Positions 38,390 to 50,769 of a stretch of 64,000 bases of DNA are shown piece by piece (position 1 is the first letter of the stretch; every line of letters starts with the position of its first letter). The stretch is taken from NCBI GenBank assembly GCA_013265495.1, contig MU058718.1:1426001-1490000 (forward strand), given 5' to 3'. The stretch comes from Vicugna vicugna. Taxonomy: Eukaryota. Made by a program: the position numbers and the translations under genes. Under the pieces are notes generated by a model that was not told the DNA's origin, made no database searches, and saw only the letters and a list, made by a program, of their open reading frames with translations.

Positions 38390-39850
38390 TAACATTGGGC
38401 CCTAAGCTTATTTACTGAGTCTGGCCAGATGGCAGACATTAGAAGGCATTAATTTGGGGATTAGTGACAAGAAAGTTGAGGGATCTGTAGACAGATCTTC
38501 TAGAAAGGTCCCAGAGTCTGTGAATATTTGTGTTCTATGTAAATAATCAGCCAAAGCTCCCACTGTAAAGGACGCTTTTAAATAACAAGTTGGACAAAAT
38601 GACCCATCCAGTGGGTTTCTTTTAGCCCTTTTTGTCTGTCACCCTAATATTTGCTCAGTGGGATGATATACAAAATGACCTTGGTGATAGGGATGGAAGA
38701 AATGCTTAGGGTCAACAGTATAGACTTCTCACCCTGGGTAATTGCACTCCTACTGAATGCCCAGCTTACTAGCAGCAGCAAAAATCAATTCCGAGCCTTC
38801 TACAGAATTCCATAATCCAGGTTAGTCCAAATATCTGCCAAGGGCAAGTTAATTACATCGAATCTTTTCCATTTAAATGGGAGAAATGGCAATCTGTCCC
38901 CACTTGATTAGTCACTGAATTTTTGTTTGCTTTCTCTGATCACCTTCTGGAAGGAACACATTCCAAGACTCATCGAATGCTCTATTCTCAGTCATTTTAA
39001 CCTGCACAACACTGCTTCTGACCAAGGAACAAAATTTACAGTGAAAGTTTTAAAGCAGAGTGTCTTTGTAGAATTATTGACATTTCGGACAAGATAATTC
39101 TTTGTTGCAGAAGGCTGTCCTGTGCATAGTAGAAAGTTTGGCATCATCTCTGTCCTCAACCCACTCGAGGCGTGTCAGTAATACTCCCCACCCCACCATG
39201 ACAGTAAAAAAGGAAGTGTCTCCAGATACTACCAACTGTTCCCTACAGGGCAAACCACCCCACTTGAGAACAAATGCTTTAAGATAATGTACTGTAAACC
39301 TCACACAAAAAAGTGTTTACTTTATAGAACAGTTGAATGGTCTATTTTAGAATCAGTTACAGCATCATCTGGGAGAAAATACACAACCTTGTTGGGCTGG
39401 AGTGGTAATTTTTAGGATGTGGTTTATTCTCTGAATCTATAGCCAATAAAATTATCCCATAGCCAGAATACATTGGTCAGGGAACCAAAGTATGAAAGAA
39501 TGGTTTCATCTCTCACTATTACATGTAATAATTAATTTACAAGTTTTTGCTCTGCTGTACCAATGACAGTGGACTCTGCAGTGTTAGAGTTCTTGGTACC
39601 AAAGGAAGGAATTATTCCACAAGGACACAAAACGGTTGTATCACTGGATGGGAAACAGACCACTACCTAGTTATTTATGCTGCTTTTTTTTTTAAGAGGG
39701 AAAGGCATTCTAAAGAAAAGGTCGTGTTTGAGCCTTAACCGAGGTAATTGAGCCTGCCTAGTAAGGATTGTTGCCACATGATGGTGGCAAGGGAGTATGG
39801 AAGGTAAGCATCTGGATTACCTCTTAGTATTGTCATGCCCAAGGAAGTTA
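38390..39850 (+). mobile_element. Decayed ERVL-type internal region: RNase H end, integrase, dUTPase-like part
   Basis: Manual translation from about 38640: VTLIFAQWDDIQNDLGDRDGRNA*GQQYRLLT, TECPAY*QQ, GQVNYIESFP, versus recalled ERVL pol ATPVIAQWAHEQSGHGGRDGGYAWAQQHGLPLT, AECPICQQQ, WQVDYIGPLP; many stops and frameshifts. Confidence 0.85.
39056..39276 (+). mobile_element. MER20 (hAT-Charlie) inserted in the ERVL integrase region
   Basis: TATTGACATTTCGGACAAGATAATTCTTTGTTG...GGCTGTCCTGTGCAT...GTGTCTCCAGATA...ACCCCACTTGAGAAC. Confidence 0.88.
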
Positions 39851-39936
39851 ATGAGAGAATTCCATACCTGGTTATAATGCCTACCTTATAGAAGATTCAT
39901 CCCCCCACTGACCATTAGATAAGCTTGAACATTTTT

Positions 39937-40175
39937 TAATGTTTTTGTTGAAGTATAGTCAGTTTACAATGTTGTGTCAGTTTCTGGTGTACAGCACAAT
40001 GCTTCAGTCATATAGGAACATATATATATATTCATTTTCATATTCTTTTTCACACTAAGTTACTACAAGATTATTTGAAGATACTAACTAATATATATAA
40101 AATAGATAAACAAGAAGTTTATACTGTATAGCACAGGGAACTATAGTCAATATCTTGTAGGAACTTACGGTGAAA
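39937..40175 (-). mobile_element. Short 5'-inverted LINE-1 insertion
   Basis: Minus-strand 3' end to about 40071 joined to a plus-strand upstream segment 40072-40178; TSD AAGCTTGAACATTTTT (39921-39936) / AAGCTTGACTATTTTT (40176-40191). Confidence 0.85.
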
Positions 40176-41647
40176 AAGCTTGACTATTTTTAAGGGGTTT
40201 TAAGGCATCAAAAAGCTACTAAAAGCAGCTAAGACGTGGGGGAAGGGTGAGTCAAGAAATTCTGTGCTACTTTTCTCTTGATGCCTTTGCTGAAGTGTAA
40301 ACAACAAATTGAAGAGGTTGAGAAACTGAGTAAAAAGTAGCTATGAAGAGGCAGAGAAGCTGACTAGACCTTCAGTAGTCTCGCAGGGATGGGGAGTCAA
40401 ATATTGGAGACCAAGACCACTACGGCAGCCAGATTCTGAGGCTCAAAATCTTAGAGGAAAGGAAAACACATTACATGAGCCAGGCATTCTGCTGCTTTTC
40501 TCCTAGAGGCATTCATAAGTAGCACAAGCCTAGAGATGAGATTACAAGCACTAAGTGGAGGCTGAGAGGCTGAGACATTAACCAGAGCTCAGTAGTTTCA
40601 CAGTACTGAGGAGCTTGGAATTGGAGTTCAGGACCCACCCAGGTGGAACTCTCTGATAAATACCAAAAGCTTTGGGATCTCCCGATGAATACACCCTAGA
40701 AATAAGGAAATGCTAGAAATAAATCAAATCTTATAATGACGAAAACTCAGCCTTGAATCAGATCTGTCCCTGATTGGATTATGTGATTTGCTCCTATTGT
40801 AACCGCCTGCCAAAAAGCTAAAGAAAATCCTTTTTAAAGAATGATAACATAATACAGATCTTCTATAACGTATTTTGCACAATATCCAATATTCGATAAA
40901 AAATTGTCAACAAACAAGATCAGACAGGAAAAAAATAGAAATAGATGTAAAAAAGATCCAGCTAGTAAAGTTATGATATATAGACATTAAACAAACCATG
41001 ATTAATACATTCTACAAAATTAAAAGCAAAATACAAACTTTTACCAGAAAATTGTATTTATTTAAAAGAAGAATCAAATGTGATTAAAAGATATAACAAA
41101 TGAAATTAGACTACAATAGATGGGTATAAAAGCAGATTGAAAACAGAAAAATAAAAGTAGTTATCTAGTGGATAGATCAGTAAAAATTATCCATAGTAAG
41201 ACAGAGTAGAAAAAGAATGGACAGTGTGGGATAGAGCAAAAAGATCTAACACTCGTGCAATTGAAGTCATGGGAGAAAAAAGAGAAAATGTAACAGAAGA
41301 AATATTTAAGTAGATTGAGGTAGAGAATTTTCTAAAATGGACAAAAGCTACAGATTCAAGAACACCCCAAAATTCAAGTAAGATAAATACAAAGAAAACC
41401 ACACCTAGGTAAATAGTACATACAATACATAGTAAAACTGCTTAAAAAAAACCCAACAAAACTCAAAGACAGAAATATCTTCAAAGCAGTTAAAGGGGGA
41501 ATAAAACTGCAGTCCTTTCAGAGGACCAAAAGTAACAAAAAGGAGAGATACCAAAAGACAAAGAAATGACATATTTTAAAGTCTTGAAGTAATAACCAGT
41601 GTCCAAGAATCCTACACATAATAAAAATGTCCTTCAAAATTGAAAGT

Positions 41648-42676
41648 AAATGGGCCAAAGACTTTAACAGACACCTTACCAAAGAAGATATGCACATGGC
41701 AAGTAAGCATACGAAAAGATGCTCCACATCACCTGTCATTGGGAAAATGCAAATTAAAATTACCTACACACCTATTAAAAGGGCCAAAATCCCAAACATT
41801 GACAGTTCCAAATGCTGACAGGGTTGTGGAGTGACAGTAATTCTCACATTGCTGGTGGGAATGTAAAATGGTAACAGCCATTTTGGAAGACAGTTCAGCA
41901 GTTTCTTGTAAAAGCAAACATACTCTTACCATACAATCCAGTAATCATGCTCCTTGGAATTTGCCCAGAGAAGTAGAAAACTTATGTCCACACACACACA
42001 AAAACTGCACACTGATAGTTTTAGAAACTTTAGTCATAACTGCCAAAACTTGGAAGCAACCAAGATGTCCTTCAGTGGGTAGATAGACAAATTGCAGTAC
42101 ATCCACTCATGGATTATTTAGCACTAAAAACAAATGAGCTACCAAGTTATGAAAAGATATGGAAGAAACTTACATGCACATCACTAAGTGAAGGAAGCCA
42201 ATTTGAAAATGCTATATGCTGTGTAATCCAACTATATGGCATTCTGGAAAAGGCAAATCTATGGAGACAATAAAAAGATCAGTTGTTGCCAGGGTCTAGG
42301 GGCGGGGGAAGGAATGAACAAGTAAGTGGAACACAGAGGAGTTTTAGGGCAGTGAAAATACTCTGGATGGTACAGTAATAATGGATACATGTCATTTTAC
42401 ATTGTCCAAACTTATAGAATGTACACCAGGAATGCATCATAAATGTACACTGTGGACTCTGGGTGATCATGATACGACAATGTAGTCTCATCAGTCGCAG
42501 CAAATGTACCTCTCTGATGGGGAATGTTGATAATGGGGGAGGCTGTGCACGTGAGGGCACAGAGGTATATAGGAAATCTCTGTACTTGTCCCTTAATTAT
42601 GCTGTGAACCTAAAACTACTCTAAAAAATTGTCTTAAAAATAAAATTAATTAATTAATTAAAATTAATTTTTTTTA
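41648..42676 (+). mobile_element. LINE-1 (L1MB-type) 3' end nested in host ORF1
   Basis: ORF 41627..41818 (KWAKDFNRHLTKEDMHMASKH); TSD AAAATTGAAAGT (41636-41647) / AAAATTGAAGGT (42677-42688). Confidence 0.9.
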
Positions 42677-43809
42677 AAAATTGAAGGTGAAATAAAGGCA
42701 GTTCCAGAAAACAAAAGCTGTGAGAATTCATCAGCAGCAGACTTAGTTTAAAAAATAATTTTAAGCAAAAGAAATTTAATATCAGAAAAAAGCATGGAAA
42801 TTTGAGAAAAAAGATCAAGGAGCAGAGTAATTATGTGTCAAAGTTAATTGAATATTGACTCTTGCAAACTATAAACACAAACTAATAGAAAGAAATAATA
42901 AAATGTTAAAAAAAAGCTTCATTAATCGACAAAAAGCAAGAAGGCAGAAAAAAAATTATAGGATAGGACAAATGTAAAACAAATAATAAAATGATAGATA
43001 TAATCCCAAATATGAGTAATTATATTAAATGTAAAATAACTCAATAATCCAATTAAAATATAAAGATTTTAAAACAATTTAAACCATAAAACCCACTTAC
43101 ATGTTACTTTAAAAAAAAACCTTAAATATAAGGAAAGAGAAACACTGAAAGTGAAAGAATGAAAATAAACAGATACAGTGTGAACATTATCCAAAAGAAA
43201 TCTGCTGTTGCTATAATATCTACAAAGTAGAATTCGCCAAGAAACATGACCAATGATAAGAGACAAAGAGGGAAAATTCATATATATATAAAAGGGTCAA
43301 TCCACAAGGAGATTACAACAATTCCAAATTTGTACCTAAAAGCACTGCTTCAAAATATGTAAAGCAAAATTTTCTAAGATTAAAAAGAGAAACAGACACA
43401 TCCAAAACATAGTGGGATAATTTAATATACCTCACCCAGAAACTGAGAGAATAGGGAGGAAAAATTAGTAAATATGTAGAAGATCTGAACAAATTTGACC
43501 TAATTGACATATATAGAACACTACACCCAACAGATGCAGAATACAAATTCTCTTCAAAAGCACACAGAACATTTACCAAAATTGGCCACTCTGGACCGTA
43601 AAACAAATCTTAATATATTTTGAAAGATAGTAATCAGTGGAATATATTCTCTGGCCATATTGGAATTAAGTTAAAAATCAGTAACTACTGAATATTAAGC
43701 ACTACATTTACATAATAATCTATGGATCAAAGAATTCTTAGTAGAAATTAGAAAATATTTTGAACTAAATGATAATGAAAATACACCATATCAAAACTTG
43801 CAGTATCAT

Positions 43810-44777
43810 CAAACTGTTCATACAATTCAATAACAAAAACCAAACAACCCAATCAAAAAATGGGCAGATCTAAACTGGCATTTCTCCAGTGAAGACATAC
43901 AGATGGCCAAGAGGCACATGAAAAGATGCTCAATATCATTAATTATCAGAAATGCAATCAAAATCACAATGTTGTATCACCTCACACCAGTCAAAATGAC
44001 CATCATTAAAAAGTCCATAAATGACAAGTGCTAGAGAGGGTGTAGAGAAAAGGGAACCCTCCTACACTGTTGGTAAGAATGTAGTTTGCTGCAGCCACTA
44101 TGGAAAACAGTATGGAGATTCCTTAAAAAACTAAAAATAGGCTTACCATATGATCCAGCAGTCCCATTCCTGAGCATATATCCAGAAAAGACACAAACTC
44201 TAATTCAAAAAGAAACATGCACCCCAGCGTTCATAGCAGCACAATTTATAATATCCAAGACATGGAAGCAACCTAAATGTCCATCGACAGATGATTGAAG
44301 ATGTTGTGGTATATGTATACAATGGAATACTACTCAGCCACAAAAAGAATGAAATAATTCCACTTGCAGTGACATGGATGGACCTAGAGACTATCATACT
44401 AGGTGAAATAAGTCAGACAGAGAAAGACAAATACCATATATCACTTACATGTGGAATCTAAAAAAAATGGCACAAGTGAACTTATTTATAAAACAGAAAC
44501 AGGTTCACATACATAGAAAACAAACTAAGGATTACCATGGGGGGAATGAGGAGAGGGATAAATCAGGAGTCTGGAATTTGCAGATACTAACTACTATTTA
44601 TAAAATAGATAAACAACAAGATCCTACAGTATAGCACAGGGAACTGGGTTCAATATCTTATAATAACATATAATGGTAAAGAATATGGAAGAGAGTATGT
44701 TTATATGTATAACTGAATCACTATGCTGTACACCGGAAACTAAAAACAGCATTGTAAATCAATTATATATCAATTTT
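43810..44777 (+). mobile_element. LINE-1 (L1MA9/artiodactyl-type) 3' end nested in host ORF2
   Basis: ORF 44086..44298 ([22 protein letters not shown]...KTWKQPKCPS); degenerate TSD AAAACTTGCAGTATCAT / AAAAGTCTGTAGTATCAT. Confidence 0.92.
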
Positions 44778-45119
44778 AAAAGTCTGTAGTATCATAACAA
44801 GTAAATGCAACTTGTGATCCTTGTAGTGCCTCATCCTATAGATCCTACAACGTTAAAAAGATTCAACAATGTTAGTATTAACAGCTGTATGGTAATCAAT
44901 TGGAAAATTCTGAATAAAACACAATCTTCTAGAAAAAAAAGTTATCAAAATAAACTCAAGAAGAATTTTTAAAAATCTGAATAGTGAATAGTTCTATATG
45001 TAGTCAATAAGCTGAATCTGTAATGTAAAACTTTCCAGAAAGAAAACTCCAGGCCCAGATGTCATCCCTAGTGAATTCTTCTAACATTTAGGGAAGAAGC
45101 AGCATCAGTTTACAGAAAT

Positions 45120-45450
45120 GAGAAAACTTAATGGTGAATTATAGCAACTCAGAAAAAGCAAGACCATCAAGGTCTCAGAACTTTCAGGTATGAAGGTATG
45201 ATTTCACCCACTGAAGAAAACACTGCCTGAAAGCAAGGAGAATATGGAATAGGAAGATCATAAATATGAACTGTAGCTTTTTAACCATCTACAGATACGT
45301 GGACTATAACATCCACCTGTGTTTTTTCCATATGCATAATTTTTATTTTAAAAGTAATTTTTCTCTTCCTCTCTTTCCCCCCTTGTAGTTTATCGAGAGT
45401 GTTTTTGTGGTGGTTAACCTGGTAACTTACAGATTATGGGATATACAGGC
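45120..45450 (+). mobile_element. Continuation of the ERVL-type internal region
   Basis: GCAAGACCATCAAGGTCTCAGAACTTTCAGGTATGAAGGTATG...GAAAGCAAGGAGAATATGGAAT...GGACTATAA resumes the ERVL text broken at about 39850. Confidence 0.7.
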
Positions 45451-46774
45451 AGGATCATAATTGAAAAGGAGGAAGGACATGGTCTAGAAATTTCAGACTT
45501 GTTGCTGAACACAGGAGCTGAGGAGCCATTGGGAAGGGTAGGTGGGTAGGAAGTGGACACTGGCCCAAGCACTGGCTTTCTTACTCTTGGGTTTCCCAAT
45601 TGTGTGAAGTACCTATAGGGCTTATAAATTAACCTCCCTCAAGGACTCATGGGGCAGCTGGAGGCTAGGAAGTCCAACGTAGTGATCTATATTAACATGG
45701 TCATCACAAATGTCATGAAGGGCTTTTAAAAAATAAGAGTTGCAGGTGGTATATGTAGTAATGAAAGAATGAAGCACAGAGAGAGCTCCCTGGGGTCACT
45801 GAGGATCACACCCAGAGGCAACAGATCTGAGTAATTCCTTCTGAACAAAGCATAGCTCAGTGCTATTCCTGGACGTAGGCCTACTAAATATGTTGGGGTT
45901 TGATTGTGATCAAGATTACACATCAACAGATAGTTGAATGAACAAATGGATTAACATCATACTTTAAGTATGAGCCCAAGAATGTGTTTGAAAACAGCTG
46001 CTATGAGAAGTACTGGAACAGTCACGATAACAGACCAACACAATCTGGCCTCCAGGACAGAGAGTCAGCCGTTTGATGAACTTAATAAAAGGATTATGTT
46101 TTCTGATACCACTGCTCCAGTGAGCTCAAATCCCTCAAGAGCAGACAGAGAAGCTAAAGAATGAGGTTCTAGCGAGCCCTCATTAAATCAAACAAGAAGT
46201 CCAAGCCCAGGAAAGGCAGGCCAAGTATCGACTCAGAGACATGGGTGGTTCCCCCCATGCTGATTAGAGCTCCATTATTTTTTTGGCTCAGTTTAAAAAG
46301 TAGTACTTCTGGTCACCTGTCATAAGCAGGAGATTTTTATCTTAACAAGAGATGATTTTCATGTACTTGGAAAATTCCCATCTTGTGACAAAATATTATG
46401 AAATAACAATAGATAGCGCATTTTTTCTCTTCCTAGGAAGCTAAAATACTTTAACGTGTATCTTTTTTTAATCTTAAAATAACCGTTTGGAGCTATAGGA
46501 AGGAGGGGATTGAATATATTTTGCACATGGAATACCCAAAGTTTGTACAGAAAGTTAGCATCGAAAATGGTCAAGAATAGAATGCAGCGCCTCTAGCTCT
46601 CGGCCCAGTGGCCTTTCTCAGACTTAGCTTTTCTTTAGTGACTTTCTGGACCCAGTTCTGTCCATAGATAATTCACTTTACAATGCAGACTTCTATTCAG
46701 TCAACAAAGACTCGTTGGTTTTGCTACATGCAATTTGCTATTTAGGTGTCGGTAGAGTATGGTGGACGTTGTGC

Positions 46775-47260
46775 TTGATAGGTAACATCTGTCCCATCTG
46801 TCCCCCAGAGATCAGATAGCAAAGCAGGCTGTGGAACTGCCGGCCACTCAGAGGATAGATCTGACTGGTCTGAAGGGTTATCCTATCCTCCATGACAGTG
46901 CCGGGCTTGGGAATGGGCATGTGACCAAAGAGAGATTTTCTGGAGGCTTCCAAGGAAGTGCTTTCTCACTCTTAAGAGAGAGCAACAGGAAAGCAGACAC
47001 TCCCCTGCTGATGGCTCCTGGCAGCCATCCCACCGCCCCAAGAGGAACTGCCTTAGGATTAAACTGACACTGTGGACAGCGATGTGGAAGATGAAAAGAC
47101 GCTAAGTCCTTGATGACATCATTGAACTTCTGGATCTACTAAAGCTGAAGCCCACCCCTACTTCTGATTTTCCTCACATATGTGAGCTGAAGAATAACCT
47201 TATTGTATAGACTAGCTTCAGTTGGGTTTCCTATTGCTTATAGCTGAAAACATTCTAATG
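46775..47260 (+). mobile_element. MaLR LTR (MLT1I/J-like)
   Basis: GGAATGGGCATGTGACC...GGCAGCCATC...CCTTGATGACATCATTGAACTTCTGGAT...CAGTTGGGTTTCCTATTGCTTATAGCTGAAAACATTCTAA. Confidence 0.75.
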
Positions 47261-48029
47261 CAAGAGGACTTAGAAAAAACTCATGTAAAAGAGACTTACC
47301 TCTCCAGTTCCAGAGCCTCCTTTCCCAGTCTTCATTCCACCCAGCAAGGACCTTGGCCTCCCGACAGCCCAGGATGCAGACTCGCCATCACCAATTCCAT
47401 ACTCTCCTCAGCAGCCTTCTCCTTGTACCATCCAGCAATCATGGTCCAAGCCACTAACTAGGGATCCATGCTCGTTAATTAAATCCACTATGTGAGGTTG
47501 GCCGGGCACTTCCAGGGGCAGGGTTCTGCTGGGGGTAGGTGACCTGTTAAGTGCTTTTTGAATTTTAGCCCTGGCTGTATCCCTTTTGCTGCACTTCAGA
47601 CCTTCCTCCAGGTATTCTGTCTTTGGGAGGAAAGGGGAGGAAGACACCATCTTCCCTGTGGTCACTTTCCAGTTCCACACAGTGATTTTTCACTCACCTT
47701 TGCAGCCTCCAGTGTACACACACCTACTTCCTAAGCTGCCTGTGTCCAGGGGTCCCTGACTCGATGGTCTCTCGAGGCCAGCTAGAAAGAGACAGCAGGT
47801 GTCCAGAGCCGAGCTCCCAAAGGGAGACTCCTCACCCTTCAACAAGGAATCCAGTGTGACTGAAACTGCTGCTAAGCAGGGGTGTGAGTGTTATACTGAG
47901 CCCCGCAGAGCTGAAGGCCTGGGACTTGGGAGTCAGGAGAACAGGAAAGAGTGGGCTTTTGGTAACTTCGAGAAGCCCATTCAGGTACTGGCTCTGAAGG
48001 GGGGAATCCTGGGTGGCTTCACCATGATG

Positions 48030-48210
48030 GTGAAGAAGCATTGATTTTGAAGTCAAATTGAATTCACTTGTAAAACCTCCATAATTTGCCAGCTTTGTTG
48101 CCTTTGACAAGACCCTTTACTTCTCTAAGCTTTCTGTAGAATGGAGCCAATGATCACCGCCTCTTGGGGTTGCTTTGAAGACAGTGGTGACAAAGCACTG
48201 GCACACACCT
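48030..48210 (+). mobile_element. MIR
   Basis: GATGGTGAAGAAGCATTGATTTTGAAGTCA...CCTTTGACAAG...TCTGTAGAATGGAG...AAAGCACTGGCACA. Confidence 0.7.
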
Positions 48211-48364
48211 TCTTTGTGACTCCTCTGTGGAGTCTTTGCCCTCTTCTCCTTGGCGCAAAACCTGAAAGCACTAGGGAGGGCTCGCGCAGCGGGGAGCGGG
48301 GCTTGGTGCTGGGATGTTGTCTGCTTTGAGGGCGTGTGCCCCACGGGGAGAAGCATAGGGGAGG

Positions 48365-48500
48365 AGTCTAAGAATTAGATTTGAGACCCAGCTCTGTAAG
48401 CTGGGTGAAAGAGCACCCCACTTATCCTCTCTGGGCCGCCGCCGCCTCTGTAACTGACAGTTGTTGAACTAAATAATCTCTAAGGTCCCTTCCAGATCTC
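48365..48500 (+). mobile_element. MIR3-like fragment
   Basis: CTTATCCTCTCTGGGCC...TGAACTAAATAATCTCTAAGGTCCCTTCCAG, MIR3/L3-type tail. Confidence 0.7.
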
Positions 48501-49541
48501 AGGTTTGTAGAAGGAAGAATTGACAACTCAGCATGGCTGGCAAGGACTGCAGATAGATGTGATTTTCCCCACACTCAGCTCCTCTGCTGGCCCCTTTGAG
48601 TACCCCCTTGCAGGTTCTGAGTCCTCAGCCACTGGCCCCATAGTGCCCTGCTCTCTCTCCCACCCTCCTGTTTCACACTCATCCAAGAAGGCAAGTGGTA
48701 GTGCCTTGACCACCCCTTTTAATTTAACCAAGTATCGTATTTGTTCATATACTTGCTCGATTCTTTAACGGCTGAATGTTTACCTAATTATTTCTTCTCT
48801 TTCATTCTGTCAGTTCTGAATTAGAGGTCTGTCACTGCTTCAGGATTTTTGCCTTGGGATTATATGCCAGAATTTAAACAATCTAGTAACAGCCTTTTCA
48901 GCTCTCTCCCTGTAACATTCTCCCAATGTCTGACCTGCACTATCCTCTTGGAAACTCCTTTTCTGTGTTCATCTAAATGCAAATAACCTTTCTCAGTTTC
49001 AGCTTGATCAGTTCCAGTGGTTTCTTGATAACTGTGGCATGGTCTTCACATGCTTTCATTTCAAGAAGGTATTTTTCCTCACTGGTCACTCAGGTTGAGG
49101 TCTCATTTTTTTATCTCCCCTTTTCTAATAGACTCCAAAATAGGGCTCTCTCTTTCCAACAGAACTGCATGCTTGGAAGTTGAGTGAGAATGTGGAACTC
49201 AGGCCATGTGTGCTGAGAAATCCCAGGCGACGTGTGCTGAAAATGCAGATTTCTGACCTCAGGCTTGGTGCCAAAAAGAAGTTTTAATGTCCAAGTGTTT
49301 TATGCTTCAAAGATAGGCCCTTGTGGTTGTTGGTTTAAACCTGCATTCTGCACAGGAAGCAATCTGATATCCCACTGACTGGAACCCATAAGGTAATTCA
49401 AAATTGCGTAGATTGAGGCCAACAACTTTGTAGAAGATTTGATACTCTCCAGAGATTATTGCCCCAAATAGGTGAGTAAAGTAACAAGTTGCTCCACCAG
49501 TCATGCATTTCAGCATATTCCACACATTGCAGGCCAAATGT

Positions 49542-49610
49542 AAGAATTTAAGTATTAGGATAAACAAAGAGTTTAAGTATTAGGATAACCAGGAATTAAG
49601 TATTAGGATT
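49542..49610. repeat. Three-copy ~25-bp tandem repeat, core TTAAGTATTAGGAT
   Basis: Read directly. Confidence 0.9.
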
Positions 49611-49864
49611 AGTTTTATACTTTGTATTTTCCGGCATTCCATAGCTTTTCAAAAATTTCTGAACTCTCAATTCAAAAAGTCCAATATGGTCCTCTTATCA
49701 TTTGTTCACTGCAAAGCAAATCAATTTCTCCAGCAAAAGGGTTACCCTCCTGTCCTGGTCAAATACTGGTTTAGTACTGTTTTTATGACCCCCTTTCTAG
49801 GAGATACTTCAATTCCACATGCTGAGAAAGTTGTCCAACCCAATTAAGATACTCTTTTCAGATA

Positions 49865-50333
49865 TCACTTAATTCAGTAAATGCTTATTGACAACACTGA
49901 GGTGCAAAGCACTGAAGATAATACCAAGGTGAATGAGACATTATTTCTCCTCTCTGGGGCTTACAGGTTAAAAGACACGTATATAGGCATATAGCTATAT
50001 TTAAAAAAAAAATTAGATAACTTAGAGTGAAAAGTCATCAAGGAGGAAATGAATGATCCCAGGAGAATCTGGCAAAGCCTTGGAGAGGAAGTGGAGTTTG
50101 AGCTGAGCCCTGACTAATGGGAGTACTCCCACAATTAGAGGTGATGGGAGAGTGTTTCTCCTGAAAAGCACCCCTGAGCCCTGGTGAAGGGAGAAGGGGA
50201 GTGTCGGCACAGGTGCGAGACAGAGCGTGGTCTGAACGGCATATGGGGGAACACAGCCTTAGCAGAGACTGAGAGGCCAGGCTGGAGGACCGCAAATACC
50301 TATCAGAGAAGTTGGCAGTTTTTTCTGTTCTAG
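49865..50333 (-). mobile_element. LINE-2, 3' part
   Basis: CACTTAATTCAGTAAATGCTTATTGA...TGGAGAGGAAGTGGAGTTTGAGCTGAGCCCTGA. Confidence 0.75.
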
Positions 50334-50769
50334 TTGATCTCTCTGGTATTGCTCGAGGGAATCGTTCGCCAACATTGCATAAATGCCCCTCGAAAAATGC
50401 TATATCAAATTGCCCACAAGAGAAGCAACTGCATGGAAAATCAATACCTGTTGCAAATCAGCATCTGCAGTTCAGAGAACCTGCCCTTAAACGTTCAGTT
50501 TGGGCTCAGACTGGGAAGCTACTCTTTTGTTTTCTTCGTCCGTAGCTGATATTGTTAGCTTTGCCTCTTCCAAGCAGGAGTCACAGCTGCAGGTTCCAGC
50601 TGCTCTGAAGGTTAACAACCTGTACCATTGAGATGCCCCTCTGAGTGTCTCCAGGGGGATTTCATGTAGTCCACATAACTCCACATTTTAAATCACACCA
50701 TCCTAAACACATTCTCCACATCTGATGAAAATCCTTCCAGTTATTTTTACACGATGCAGTAAGATTCAG

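Larger units (their letters stand above)
39860..45115 (+). mobile_element. Old LINE-1 (L1M): 5' region, ORF1 and ORF2 endonuclease remnants, with three nested L1 inserts
   Basis: A-rich ORF1 text (CAGATTCAAGAACACC...ATAAATACAAAGAAAACCACACCTAGG) and EN text (GACCTAATTGACATATATAGAACACTACACCCAAC = DLIDIYRTLHP). Confidence 0.85.

Noticed and set aside
38390..39850. Domesticated integrase gene
   Set aside because: In-frame stops, frameshifts, decayed zinc-finger residues and a MER20 insertion.
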